Assembly (NCBI GenBank): GCA_965218795.1 | Contig: OZ244653.1 | Coordinates: forward strand, 4,544,001-4,608,000 | From: a bacterium | GTDB taxonomy: Bacteria > UBA8248 > JACPRG01 > G963555815 | Length of the DNA stretch: 64,000 nucleotides | Direction of reading: 5' to 3' | Shown here: piece after piece, positions 30,851 to 41,449 of the stretch | How positions within the stretch are numbered: the stretch's first letter is position 1 | Layout of the letters: each line of letters opens with the position of its first letter | The notes under the pieces: generated by a model | What the model was told of the DNA's origin: nothing | The model's database searches: none | What the model saw: the letters and a program-made list of their open reading frames with translations, nothing else | Program-made: the position numbers and the translations under genes

Positions 30851-31935
30851 TGGCGAACGATCCGGCTAGAGTGTGGGCCGCCCGTTCCATCGTGAGGGCC
30901 GTCCTCACCCCCATTACCGCAATCCTGCTTTCCCTGCTGATCGGCGCAATTCTAATAACGGCCGTCGATGTAAACCCGCTCATGGCCTACGCCGCTCTCC
31001 TGACGGGTGCCTTCGGTAGCCTCAACGGGTTTTCCGAGACGTTGGTCAAAGCAACCCCTCTCATGCTGGTTGGACTCGGAATCGTTTTCGCTTTCCGGGC
31101 CAGGATCTGGAATATCGGCGGGGAGGGGCAGCTTTTGCTCGGTGCCCTGGGGGCCACCCTGACCGGGCTCTATTTGGGCGGTCTTCCGTCCTGGCTTCTT
31201 CTGCCCGTTACCATCCTCGCGGGCTTCCTGTTCGGAGGGCTCTGGGGGGCGATTGCCGGCTTTCTCAAGGCGCGATACGGCACGAACGAGATCATCGTCA
31301 CCATCATGATGAACTATATCGCCCTTTACGGGGTCAGCTTCATGAACCATGTTCCCCTGCGTGAGGTCATCGGAATCTTTCCTCAGACTGACCTGATCGT
31401 GGAGGGTGCCCAGCTTGGGAGGCTGCTACCCCCGACGAGACTTCATGCGGGAATTCTGGTGGCACTGGGACTTGCTGTTGCTTCCACCGTGATCCTTCAG
31501 AGAACGACCCTGGGATATCGCCTGAAGGCGGTGGGTTTCAGCCCGGACGCCTCTCATTATGCCGGGATCGAGGTCAGGTCCACAATGATCCTTTCGATGG
31601 TCCTGAGCGGAGGCCTGGCCGGAATCGCAGGCATGAGCGAAATCTCGGGCATTCACCATCGCTTGATGGACAATATATCGAGCGGCTACGGGTTTACAGG
31701 GATTGTCGTCGCACTGCTGGGCCGACTCCATCCCCTGGGCGTAGCCGTCACAGCGATTATTTTCGGGGCGCTCAACGTTGGAGCCGACTCCATGGAGCGA
31801 ACCATGGGCATGCCCTCCCCCCTGGCGTTCATCCTCCAGGCCCTCGTAGTTCTCTTCGTCCTGGGAGGAGACATGTTGACGAGAAAGGCGCTCCGAGAGC
31901 GGGTGCGGCGCCTCTGGATGGAGAGACGGCCCTGA
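30850..31935 (+). CDS. ABC permease, nucleoside/BMP type
   Basis: NIGGEGQ, NEIIVTIM, GYGFTGIVVALLG. Confidence 0.9.
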   Translation: MANDPARVWAARSIVRAVLTPITAILLSLLIGAILITAVDVNPLMAYAALLTGAFGSLNGFSETLVKATPLMLVGLGIVFAFRARIWNIGGEGQLLLGALGATLTGLYLGGLPSWLLLPVTILAGFLFGGLWGAIAGFLKARYGTNEIIVTIMMNYIALYGVSFMNHVPLREVIGIFPQTDLIVEGAQLGRLLPPTRLHAGILVALGLAVASTVILQRTTLGYRLKAVGFSPDASHYAGIEVRSTMILSMVLSGGLAGIAGMSEISGIHHRLMDNISSGYGFTGIVVALLGRLHPLGVAVTAIIFGALNVGADSMERTMGMPSPLAFILQALVVLFVLGGDMLTRKALRERVRRLWMERRP

Positions 31936-32876
31936 TGGAGATTCTCCTACAAGAGGCATTTCTGGTGGGGCTCTTCGCCGCGAGTTTCCGCCTGATGACG
32001 CCCATCCTCTATGCCGCGCTAGGTGAGATCTTGGTAGAGCGCGCGGGCGTGTTAAACGTCGGTATCGAAGGTGGGATGCTCATGGGGGCCCTCGGGGGAT
32101 TTCTTGGCGCCTTCTATTTTCACAGCGTGTGGGTGGGACTGGCGGCGGCCATGGCTGCGGGAATCCTGCTCAATTGGATATTGGGCTACCTCTGTGTGAG
32201 CCTCGGGGCCGACCAGATGGTCACGGGAATCACATTGAACCTCCTCGCGCTGGGTCTGACCTCTTTTCTCTTCCGCCTATTTTTCAAGGGCGCCAGCCAG
32301 CCGCCTTCCGTTCCGCCCATCGCGAGGATTCACGTACCGCTGCTCGCGGATATTCCCTTCCTTGGGCCAGTTCTGTTCCAGCAAACCGCATTGCTCTATG
32401 TCGCTCTCGCGCTGGTGGCCGTCCTATGGGTTCTTCTCTACCGGACGTCCGTAGGTCTGAATCTTCGGGTCGTGGGAGAGCATCCCCTGGCCGCAGAGAC
32501 TGTGGGGATTCATGTGATCCGCACCCGTTACACCTGCCTTCTGATAGGAGGTGCGATGGCCGGGGTCGGTGGGGCCGCTATCTCACTGGGTGAGTTGAGC
32601 CTGTTTTTGGAGAACATGACCGCTGGTCGCGGTTTCATCGCGCTGGCCATCGTCATCTTCGGGAGATGGGATCCATGGCGGGCGCTCGCCGGCGCCTTTC
32701 TCTTTGGATGGGCGGACGCGTTACAGCTCAGACTTCAAGGCGTAGGGCTCAATATCCCCTTTCAGTTTCTGCTGATAGTTCCCTATGTCTTGACCATCGT
32801 CATTCTCGTCGGACTCGTGGGCCGGTCCCAACCCCCTGCGGCCCTAGCCATGCCTTACGAAAAGGAAGAGGCCTGA
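31935..32876 (+). CDS. ABC permease, nucleoside/BMP type
   Basis: ERAGVLNVGIEG, GEHP, GRGFIALA. Confidence 0.9.
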   Translation: MEILLQEAFLVGLFAASFRLMTPILYAALGEILVERAGVLNVGIEGGMLMGALGGFLGAFYFHSVWVGLAAAMAAGILLNWILGYLCVSLGADQMVTGITLNLLALGLTSFLFRLFFKGASQPPSVPPIARIHVPLLADIPFLGPVLFQQTALLYVALALVAVLWVLLYRTSVGLNLRVVGEHPLAAETVGIHVIRTRYTCLLIGGAMAGVGGAAISLGELSLFLENMTAGRGFIALAIVIFGRWDPWRALAGAFLFGWADALQLRLQGVGLNIPFQFLLIVPYVLTIVILVGLVGRSQPPAALAMPYEKEEA

Positions 32877-32935
32877 ACGACCAAACCACTCCATAACACT
32901 GCAAAGGGTGTAGGCGTCATTTTGGACTTGTATGA

Positions 32936-34108
32936 CTAGTGTTTCGTCTCAAGAATAAGTAGGCAAAAGTCATGTTTGTGCATAGGTTTCCTGATCACCC
33001 CTTTTTCAAGGAGGAACCTATGCCACGGGGACGCCCGCTGAAAGCTTTGGAGTTGAGCGATGATGCTCGACAGCAATTGGAGTCTATGGCCCATTCCCGC
33101 AGCCTACCCCATGGGCTGGTGCGCCGTGCCCAGATTGTCTTGTTGGCCGCCGATGGCAAGCCCAATCGTGCGGTTGGCGAGGCGCTTGGCGTGAATCGTG
33201 CCACCGTGGGAAAATGGCGCCAGCGGTATCTCGACCGCGGCCTGATCGGCCTGTATGACGAATTGCGGCCTGGAGCGCCGCGATCGATTGAGGATGAGCA
33301 AGTGGCCGAGGTCGTATACAAGACACTCAAAGAGCGTCCCAACGAGGCGACCCAGTGGACGGTGCGTTCCATGGCGCAGGCGACGGGTGTATCCAAAGAT
33401 ACGGTGCATCGCATCTGGCGTGCCTTCGGGTTGCAGCCCCATCGACAAGCGCACTTCAAACTCTCCACGGATCCCTTCTTCGTGGAGAAAGTACGCGACA
33501 TCGTGGGGTTATACCTGAATCCGCCCGAGCATGCCATGGTGCTGTGCGTGGACGAGAAGAGCCAGGTCCAGGCTCTGGAACGCACGCAGCCGTTGCTGCC
33601 CTTGGGCTTGGGCTATGTGGAAGGGGTCACCCACGACTACAGGCGCCATGGCACAACGACTCTGTTTGCCGCGCTGGACATCCAGACCGGAGAAGTCATG
33701 GCGCAGTGTAAGCCCCGCCATCGTCATCAGGAATTTCTTCAGTTTCTACGCCACATCGAGGAGCAGGTGCCGCCGGATTTGGACATTCATTTGGTGATCG
33801 ACAACTACGCCACCCACAAGCACGCCAAAATCAAGCAATGGTTGGCAAGACACCCACGGTTTCAACTCCACTTCACGCCGACGTATGCTTCCTGGCTCAA
33901 CCAAGTGGAAATCTGGTTTCACATCATCACGCAACGTGCGATTCGACGGGGCTCCTTCAACAAAGTGAAAGAACTGATCCGCCGGATTGACCGATTCACC
34001 GACCACTGGAACGAAAACGCCCAGCCGTTTGTGTGGACGGCCACGGCCGATTCCATCCTTGCAAAGATCAAACGCCTTTGTGAAAAAATTTCTGCGACAG
34101 TACACTAG
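32936..34108 (+). mobile_element. IS630-family element, copy 1 (1173 bp including CTAG ends)
   Basis: Ends CTAGTGT../..ACACTAG; inverted match to 51175-52347. Confidence 0.95.
33020..34108 (+). CDS. IS630 DDE transposase
   Basis: [28 protein letters not shown]; RBS GGAGG. Confidence 0.95.
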   Translation: MPRGRPLKALELSDDARQQLESMAHSRSLPHGLVRRAQIVLLAADGKPNRAVGEALGVNRATVGKWRQRYLDRGLIGLYDELRPGAPRSIEDEQVAEVVYKTLKERPNEATQWTVRSMAQATGVSKDTVHRIWRAFGLQPHRQAHFKLSTDPFFVEKVRDIVGLYLNPPEHAMVLCVDEKSQVQALERTQPLLPLGLGYVEGVTHDYRRHGTTTLFAALDIQTGEVMAQCKPRHRHQEFLQFLRHIEEQVPPDLDIHLVIDNYATHKHAKIKQWLARHPRFQLHFTPTYASWLNQVEIWFHIITQRAIRRGSFNKVKELIRRIDRFTDHWNENAQPFVWTATADSILAKIKRLCEKISATVH

Positions 34109-34923
34109 GGCCTGTTAGCACTAGTGGTTGAGATCATGTTATCCTTTGCGGATGGAGATCACCCAAGCTCAGTACGAACGCATTGCACCCTCCCTGCCGG
34201 TGCAACGCGGCAACGTCAGCCTGTCGAACCTGCAAGTGCTCAACGCCATCCTGTACGTCGCCGAGCATGGCTGCAAGTGGCCGGGGGCTGCCGACCCGGT
34301 TCGGTAACTGGCACACCATCTACACGCGCATGAACCGCTGGTCCAGGAACGGCGTCCTCGACCGGGTCTTCGAGCAGTTGCAGCGGGAACGGATCGTGCG
34401 CATCCAGCTCGAGGCGGTGTCGCTGGACAGCACCATCGTCAAGGTCCATCCCGACGGTACGGGCGCGCTACAAAAAACGGCCCCCAGTCCATCGGCAAGT
34501 CCCGCGGCGGCTGGACCACCAAGGTTCATCTGGTTGCCGCGGATGCTCGAACGGCCCTGACGTTCTCGCTGTCGCCCGGACAGGCGCATGACGTGCCGGA
34601 AGGGCGCAAGCTGCTGAACCGCCTGGGTCGGCGGCACGGCAACCCGTCCCTGGTGATGGACCGCGCGTATGAGGGCAGCGAGACACGCCCACTGGCCTTG
34701 GCGCTGGGGTACGCGCCCGTGGTTCCGCCTCTCAAGACCCGGCTCGACCCTTGGGCGTACGACCGGGAGACGTACAAGAGGCGCAACGAGATCGAGCGTC
34801 TGTTCCGCCGATTGAAGGGCTTTCGCCGGATCTTCATCCGCTTCGAGAAACTCGACGCCCTGTACCTCGGGTTCATCCTGTTCGCACTCATCGTCGATGC
34901 ACTGCGCTAGGGTTAACAGGCCC
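34108..34923 (+). mobile_element. IS5-family (IS427-like) element with disrupted transposase
   Basis: TIRs GGGCCTGTTA/TAACAGGCCC, TA flanks; ATG 34152 MEITQAQY; extra base at KW/RGLP; A6 slippery site; YKRRNEIERLFRRLK. Confidence 0.85.
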
Positions 34924-34968
34924 TAATCAGCCACTTGAAGGATGGAGACTATTTTGAAGATGGATAAA

Positions 34969-35360
34969 TGTGTACAGAGATGGTAATCACCTGACAGTCT
35001 GGCCGTCGCTCGCGACTGCGAGAGTCAGGCGCGCCGGCGGTGGCCACGCCGCTCCTGGAAGGGGTTAGGATCGTTTTTGCACAAACATCCAACCTTTCAG
35101 AAGAACGACATGACCACCCAGGACAAGATAGCACGGCGCAAGCTGAGCTTGCTCGAATTGGCCAACGAGATGAGCAACGTCTCCAAGGCATGCCGGATCA
35201 TGGGCTATTCGCGCCAGCAGTTCTACGAGATCAGAAGGAACTACCAGCGCCTGCGGCGCCGAAGGGCTGATCGACCGACGGCCCGGCACCAGAGGCCCGC
35301 ATCCCAACCGGGTCTCCGAACAGGTCGAGGCCGCCATCCTCGCCCGTGCCCTGGATCATC
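34969..35360 (+). pseudogene. IS481-family left end and truncated transposase
   Basis: TGT start; MTTQDKIARRKLSLLELA..NVSKACRIMGYSRQQFYE, then frameshift and truncation. Confidence 0.8.
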
Positions 35361-35375
35361 CGGCCCAAAGGGTAC

Positions 35376-36281
35376 TTATTCCGCAGCTTCCGCCGGCAAT
35401 TCGGGAATACGGCCTTCATAATAAGGAAGTTCGTCGATGCGGGGCTCCCAGCTGCCATCATCGATGCATTTCCGTACATGTCGCGCGATGTCCTCCATGG
35501 TGGCGAACCAGACGCCCCCCTTATCGAGCATGTACTCGATCATCTTGGCCACGCGGGCGCATCGGGCCAGCCGCCCTGAGACGAACGGATGCCAGACGGT
35601 CACCCAGAGTCCGCCGAACTCCCACATCGCCTCGAATTCCGACATGAAGACATTCATGGCTTCATCGGGCGCTTTGATCGGCATCATGTAATGCATGTCG
35701 ATGGAATGGGTGTAGTGGGGCCAGTCGTCCATTGCCCAATGCGACGGGAGTTCAATGATATCGCCCTTCTTCGTCCGCAGCACATAGGGGATATCGTCGC
35801 CCATCAGCGTCGCGTCATAGATCATTCCGGCGTCAATGAGCAGATCCGGAGAATCCTTTGAGGCATTATAAAGCGGACCGCGCCAGCCGCGCGGCTTCTG
35901 GCCGGTCACCTTCTCGATCACATCGACCTGCCGTTGGAGCCAGTACTGCTGCTTGTCCAGAGGTTGGCGATTGGGGTCCTCGTGCAGGTAGCCGTGAGCG
36001 GCGATTTCGTGCCCGTCCTTCAGGATCATCTCGACCATGTGGGGGTATCGCTCTATGCACCACGCAGGATAGAAAAACGTTTGCTTGAGGTTGTACCGCT
36101 TGTACATCTCAAGGATTCTTGGTATCGCCACTTCGTCGTATTTCAGCCAAGACATGGTCGACAACATCTCCGGCGCATTGTCGGTGTGCTCCAAATGCAG
36201 AATGCTGTCGGTGTCGATGTCGAACGTGATGGCGGCCGCGCAACGGGCCCCATCAGGCCATGGAACGGGATTCCTGATCAT
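35376..36281 (-). CDS. Polysaccharide deacetylase family (PuuE-like)
   Basis: WPDGARCA, TFDID, HEIAAHGYLHE, WHP; ATGA overlap with upstream gene. Confidence 0.9.
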   Translation of the reverse strand: MIRNPVPWPDGARCAAAITFDIDTDSILHLEHTDNAPEMLSTMSWLKYDEVAIPRILEMYKRYNLKQTFFYPAWCIERYPHMVEMILKDGHEIAAHGYLHEDPNRQPLDKQQYWLQRQVDVIEKVTGQKPRGWRGPLYNASKDSPDLLIDAGMIYDATLMGDDIPYVLRTKKGDIIELPSHWAMDDWPHYTHSIDMHYMMPIKAPDEAMNVFMSEFEAMWEFGGLWVTVWHPFVSGRLARCARVAKMIEYMLDKGGVWFATMEDIARHVRKCIDDGSWEPRIDELPYYEGRIPELPAEAAE

Positions 36282-37552
36282 GCTCCTTTTCCCTCCTGGC
36301 GGCATAGACGGTTGACCTGATTTGTAACGCTCGCGATCGTCTCGATTTCAATCAGCAGGTCCTCGTATGCAAATCCTGCGACCCGAACGGCCGTCGCCGC
36401 GGGCCCCGGGTCTGGAAGATACTCCATGCGGACCTTGGTCATTTTCTCCCAAAAGTCAGTGATATCCCCGCCTTCGCCCTCGAACTGATAGAATGTATTG
36501 AGCCGAACCATGTCGTCGAGGTCCGCGCCGCCCTCCTTGAGCACGCGGCGGATGGACTCGAATACGTTGCGTGTCTGCGCGGCAATATCACCGGGGCCGA
36601 CTGTTCGTCCCTGGTTGTCGGCTGAGATCTGGCCACCGACGAAGATCAAGTCGCCAACCTTCCAGCCTTGGGAAAGAGGGATCGGCATGCTCCAGTCCCA
36701 GTGATCCGCGGGCATCAGCCGCGTCTTTGGGCCCGTCGCGGCAATCGCTTCTATCTCAATCAGGAGATCTTCATAGGCAAGCCCCGCCACGCGGACAGCG
36801 GTGCCCACGGGTCCAGGGTCCGCGAAGTACTCCATGCGAACCTTGGTCATCTCTTCCCAGAATTCCGTTATCGCCCGACCCTCACCCGCATACACATAGT
36901 AGGTGTTGAGCTTGACGATGTCGGACAGGTCCGCGCCGGCCTCGTTGAGCACGCGGCGGATACATTCGAATGAGTTGCGGGTCTGAGTGGCGATGTCGCC
37001 GGCGCCGACCGTACGGCCCTTCTCGTCCGCCGATATCTGACCACCGACGAAGATCAAATCGCCGACCTTCCAGCCCTGCGAGAAGCTTACCGGCATGCTC
37101 CAATCCCAGTGTCCCTTGGGCATGATGCGGGTCTTCTTCACGCCGACCGCGGCAATGGCCTCGACCTCGATCAAGAGCCCCTCGTAAGCGAAGCCCTCGA
37201 CGCGGACGGCTGTCGCTGCGGGTCCGGGCTCCGGCAGGTATTCCATCCTGACCTTGGTCATTTCCTCCCAGAACCGGGTGAGTTCCGGGCCCTCGCCGTC
37301 GAACTGGTAATACGTGTTGAGCTTGACGATGTCGGACAGCTCGGCGCCGGCTTCGTTGAGCACACGCCTGATATGCTCGAACACGTTCCGGGTCTGGAGG
37401 GCGATGTCGGCTTCGCCGATTGTGCGGCCGCGTTCGTCAGCCGAGATCTGACCGCCAACGAAGATCAGGTTCCCGACTTTCCATCCTTGCGAAAATGGGA
37501 CCGGCATACTCCAGTCCCAATGGTTCCCCGGCATTATGCGGATCTTCGTCAT
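36278..37552 (-). CDS. Rid (YjgF/UK114) family protein with three tandem domains
   Basis: Three ~136-aa repeats, each with SQG, IFVGGQ, QTRN and IE(I/V)E. Confidence 0.9.
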   Translation of the reverse strand: MTKIRIMPGNHWDWSMPVPFSQGWKVGNLIFVGGQISADERGRTIGEADIALQTRNVFEHIRRVLNEAGAELSDIVKLNTYYQFDGEGPELTRFWEEMTKVRMEYLPEPGPAATAVRVEGFAYEGLLIEVEAIAAVGVKKTRIMPKGHWDWSMPVSFSQGWKVGDLIFVGGQISADEKGRTVGAGDIATQTRNSFECIRRVLNEAGADLSDIVKLNTYYVYAGEGRAITEFWEEMTKVRMEYFADPGPVGTAVRVAGLAYEDLLIEIEAIAATGPKTRLMPADHWDWSMPIPLSQGWKVGDLIFVGGQISADNQGRTVGPGDIAAQTRNVFESIRRVLKEGGADLDDMVRLNTFYQFEGEGGDITDFWEKMTKVRMEYLPDPGPAATAVRVAGFAYEDLLIEIETIASVTNQVNRLCRQEGKGA

Positions 37553-37735
37553 GCCGATGGCGCCTCCCTCGTAGAACGCCTGACCGCTCACACAAAGTAT
37601 AGAAGCTTTCGGTTGCGTTGGATAGGCGCGGCAATCTAGTGGACACCATCCTTAATCTATGCTGATGTCCTCTTTTTCGTCCTGGTTGCGGCCTTTACAG
37701 GATACGGCCCCATGCCCCTTCAAGCCTTTTAGTCT

Positions 37736-37770
37736 CCCTCACCCTAACTCTCTCCCAGGGGGAGAGGGGT
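37736..37770. repeat. CCCTCACCCT..CTCTCCC..GGGAGAGGG palindromic repeat
   Basis: Seen directly; loosely related unit at about 56223-56280. Confidence 0.6.
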
Positions 37771-37915
37771 CTGCCTGTCCCCTCATGACGTCGTATCCTG
37801 TAAAGCTCTTTCTCGGATACCTCACCCAGAAGAAAGTCCTTCCGGTTCCCGACCCTTGCCAGCAGGGGATCGGCCTTCACCCGATCGTTGCCCCTGCCTG
37901 AGATATGCGCCGCTG
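37765..37915 (-). pseudogene. C-terminal remnant of RAYT-like transposase
   Basis: AAAHISG..PLL..DFL..ELYRIRRHEGTGRPL. Confidence 0.6.
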
Positions 37916-37988
37916 CGTCACGTGATGGGGAACCCGGGCGCCACGCGACCCGCGCGGTCCTTGCCATACGCGGCCATGCACGGACGCT

Positions 37989-38122
37989 CTGGATTCCTGT
38001 TGCAGGCCTGCCCTCGAATGTCTCAATCGGGGGCAGGAATGACCGAGAGCCCGCCCCTGCATGGTTTCGGCAGGGGGCGCGCCAATCCGAAAGTCATTTC
38101 ATTACGTATGGTGTCCCTGGAA
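37989..38122. repeat. Composite REP unit; about 110 bp shared with 14659-14769
   Basis: CCCTCGAATGTC..GGCAGGAATGACCGAGAGCCCGCCCCTGCATGG..ATGGTGTCCCTGGAA. Confidence 0.85.
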
Positions 38123-38174
38123 GCCAATGCCTCCTCACGGTCTTGCCTGCCCCGTCCCAACCGCTATGGCCCGA

Positions 38175-40085
38175 TCACGCCGGCATTGACCCGCTGGGGA
38201 GCACCTCCTTTTCCGGTGTCACGCGCCCGCGTTGAAGGAAGTAGACCCCGACGAGGACGACGAATCCCACCGTATCCGTCCACACGGAGCCGTGCAGCAG
38301 CGTCAACGCCCCCAGGAAGAGCAGGAGGCGATCCACCCAATTGGCCGGCCGGATATAATAGCCGGCCGTCGAGGCCGCCAGGCACACGACACCCATCACG
38401 GCCGTCAGCGCCGACCAGATGATAGCGACGAGCCCGCCTTCCAGAAGCAAGGCGTTGTTGAACACGAAGAAGTAGGGGACGAGAAAACCCGCCAGCGCGT
38501 AGCGAAAGGCGAGCCATCCGGTCTTCCAAGGGTCGCTCCCGGCGATGGGAGCTGCGGCGTAGGCCGCCAGAGCGACCGGCGGGGTCACGTTGCAAACGAT
38601 GGCGAAGAAGAAGACGAACATGTGGGAGGCTATCGGGGAGATGCCCAGCGCCTGGAGGGCCGGAGCGCCCAGGGTCGCCACGATGATGTAAGCCCCGACG
38701 GTGGGCATCCCCATCCCCAGGGTCAGCGAGGCGATCATCGTCAGAAACAAGGCCACGATCAGCACTCCGCCGGAGAGGTACTGAATCAGCTCGTTGAGCC
38801 GAAGGCCCAATCCTGAGATGACGATGAAGGAGACCACGATCCCGGCACAGGCCCCCGTGACACCCACCGAAACGACCCCGCGCCCCGCGCGGTCCAGTGC
38901 ATGCAGGAATTTTCGAGGGGTGATCCGGCTCTCCCGGCGAAAGGCCGTGACGATCAGAATCACGATGATGGCCCACATCCCCGCCTTGAGGGCGGTGAAC
39001 CCATTCACCAGGAAAAACACGATGGCGCCGACCGGGAGAAAGAGGAACCAGCCTTTTTTCAGGACTTGGCCCACCCGGGGGAGGTCCGATTTTTTGAGGC
39101 CCTCCAGGCCGAGGCGTCTGCAGATGAAGTGGACCACCATGCCCACGGAAAAGAAGTACAGCAGGGCCGGTATGAGGGCGGCCTTCATGACGTCCAGGTA
39201 GGACACACCCAGGATCGCCGCGATGACGAAGGCCGACGCGCCCATGATGGGCGGCATGATCTGTCCGCCCGTGGAGGCCGCTGCCTCCACCCCGCCCGCC
39301 ATCTCCGGCCGGTAGCCCATCCGCTTCATCATCGGAATGGTGAAGGAACCGGTCGTGACGACGTTGGCGGCCGAGCTGCCCGAAAGGGCTCCGATCAGCG
39401 TGCTCGAGACGACCGCCACCTTCGCGGGCCCGCCCGAGAGGTGACCCGCAATCGCGTTGGCCAAGTCGATGAAGAAGTTGACAGCACCCGTTTCCTCCAG
39501 AAACGAGGAGAAGATGACGAAGATGATGATATAGGTTGAAAGGACACCGATGATGAGGCCGAACAGACCGTCGGTGGCCATGAAATTCAGGGTGATGAGC
39601 TCTTCCAGGGAGAAACCGCCGTGCGCGATGGCCAGCGGGAAGATTCTCCCGTACAGCGAGTACAGGAAGAACACCAACGTCAGAATCACCATGGGCCAGC
39701 CCACGGCCCGGCGGGTCGCCTCCAGGACCAGGAGCAGCAACAACCCCCCCAGCCAGAGGTCCAGACGGGTGGCCTCTCCCGCCCGGATCAGGATTTCTTC
39801 GCTGTTCATTGCGCTGTAGGCGCCGATGACGACGACCAGCGCCAGGCACAGGAGGTCCACCCCCAGAAGCCAGCGGTTGCCCGAAGCTTTTCGGCTGACG
39901 GGGTAGATGAGAAAAACCAGCAGAAGGATGAACGTCAGATCCAGGGATCGCTGAAAATAGGCTTCGAAAATCCCGAACTCGGCGGTATAGAGGTGAAACG
40001 CCATGAAGACGATGGCCACGACGCTGGCGGTCCAACTCCAGGCCGCTCCCGTCTTCCCCCGGGGTTTCAACTCCTTGTCCGCCAC
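38175..40085 (-). CDS. TRAP 4TM/12TM fused permease (TAXI type)
   Basis: GGPAKVAV, EAAASTGGQIMPPIMG, GMGMPT, VTPPVALAAY. Confidence 0.93.
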   Translation of the reverse strand: MADKELKPRGKTGAAWSWTASVVAIVFMAFHLYTAEFGIFEAYFQRSLDLTFILLLVFLIYPVSRKASGNRWLLGVDLLCLALVVVIGAYSAMNSEEILIRAGEATRLDLWLGGLLLLLVLEATRRAVGWPMVILTLVFFLYSLYGRIFPLAIAHGGFSLEELITLNFMATDGLFGLIIGVLSTYIIIFVIFSSFLEETGAVNFFIDLANAIAGHLSGGPAKVAVVSSTLIGALSGSSAANVVTTGSFTIPMMKRMGYRPEMAGGVEAAASTGGQIMPPIMGASAFVIAAILGVSYLDVMKAALIPALLYFFSVGMVVHFICRRLGLEGLKKSDLPRVGQVLKKGWFLFLPVGAIVFFLVNGFTALKAGMWAIIVILIVTAFRRESRITPRKFLHALDRAGRGVVSVGVTGACAGIVVSFIVISGLGLRLNELIQYLSGGVLIVALFLTMIASLTLGMGMPTVGAYIIVATLGAPALQALGISPIASHMFVFFFAIVCNVTPPVALAAYAAAPIAGSDPWKTGWLAFRYALAGFLVPYFFVFNNALLLEGGLVAIIWSALTAVMGVVCLAASTAGYYIRPANWVDRLLLFLGALTLLHGSVWTDTVGFVVLVGVYFLQRGRVTPEKEVLPSGSMPA

Positions 40086-40127
40086 GCTCGGCCCTCCATC
40101 GAAGAGGAGGCGTTCACCTCCATCTCA

Positions 40128-40160
40128 CGGGCGCCGAGGGTTTCGAACCCCCGGCGCCCG
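40128..40160 (-). terminator. Intercistronic stem-loop
   Basis: CGGGCGCCG..CGGCGCCCG. Confidence 0.45.
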
Positions 40161-40195
40161 CGCCCTCGGATTCTGATCGCCGGATCTGAGGGTTC

Positions 40196-41179
40196 TTACT
40201 CGGACCGGACGGTGATCCCTTTTTCCTTGAAATAGCGCGCGGCGCCTTTGTGGAAGGGAGCCGGAATACCCTCCGTGGCGGTCTTCCAGCTCATTTTCTT
40301 CAACCAGGCGAGCTTTTTGAACGGCGCGAGGTTCTCGTAGATGGACCGGGTGATCTTGTATACCAGGTCATCGGGCAGGTCCTTGCTCGCCACGAGCAGG
40401 GTGTTGTCGGAAATGGTCCAGGCGTCCTGCTCCTGGCCTTTGTAGATCCCCTTGGGTATCTTAACGGCCATGTAGCCTGGGTAGGTTTTGGCCATCCTGT
40501 CGGCCACGGCCTTGTCCATCCCCAGGACCCGAACGGGGAACGAGGTTTCCAGTTGCATGATCAGGGGGTTGGGCGTGGATTGGGCGAGCTGGATGACGTC
40601 CACTTGGCGGTCCTTCATGAGAAGAACGGCGTCGCCCCAACCCACGTGGTTGACTTTTCCGCCGGACTTGCGGATTTTGTCAAAGCTGAGCCCGTGGGCC
40701 TCCAGAATCCGTGCGTAGGCCAGTGTCGAGCCCCAACCCTTCTTGCCGGCTGAGGTCCGTTTTCCCTTGATGTCCTGGAAGGTCTTGATGGGGCTGTTGG
40801 CGGGCACGGTGATTGCAAAGACGGAATCCATGAAGATCCCGATCGCCCTGAATTTCTGGTAGGGTTTCTTGAAGGCTCCCTTTCCGCTCCAGGCCTCGCC
40901 GATGACGCCCGCATAGGTCAATCCCAACTGAATTCTGCCGTTCTCGATGTTGCGTACGTTGGTGATGGCCCCGCCAGTGGTCACCGTGGAGATCACGCCG
41001 GGGACCTTCTGGTTGATGACGCTGGCCGTGATGGACATGCTGGGGAACCAACTGCCGCCCATACTGGAAGCGCCGATTTTCAGAAAGGTCGTTTTCTGAG
41101 CCAGCGACGGGCTTGCCGAAAATGCGCCCAGAGCCAGTACGGTCAGGACAGCCAGGCAGGATATCGTCTTCCGGAACAT
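40196..41179 (-). CDS. TAXI-family TRAP solute-binding protein
   Basis: GGSW, TGGAITN, LVYKITR, PFHKGAARYFKE. Confidence 0.92.
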   Translation of the reverse strand: MFRKTISCLAVLTVLALGAFSASPSLAQKTTFLKIGASSMGGSWFPSMSITASVINQKVPGVISTVTTGGAITNVRNIENGRIQLGLTYAGVIGEAWSGKGAFKKPYQKFRAIGIFMDSVFAITVPANSPIKTFQDIKGKRTSAGKKGWGSTLAYARILEAHGLSFDKIRKSGGKVNHVGWGDAVLLMKDRQVDVIQLAQSTPNPLIMQLETSFPVRVLGMDKAVADRMAKTYPGYMAVKIPKGIYKGQEQDAWTISDNTLLVASKDLPDDLVYKITRSIYENLAPFKKLAWLKKMSWKTATEGIPAPFHKGAARYFKEKGITVRSE

Positions 41180-41449
41180 GAACTTTCCCTCCTTATCGGT
41201 TACGAGGCGTGCAAAGCTTCCCGGGCATTCCCGAAAGCCCCGCGCGACATTCCTCCTCCTTCGGTACATCAGTCCGGTCGAATCTTATACGCGCATCGTC
41301 AGAAGGGACGGAGACGATTGCCCACGAATACGTTGGGTGATCAGGTCCCTTTCACGATCGATACTTGCCACGGGGCCGGTTCAGGCCTGCCAGTCGGGAA
41401 GCAGGGATGCCGTGCGGCCCTATCTGTTTCGCACGAGGGCGAACCTGGC

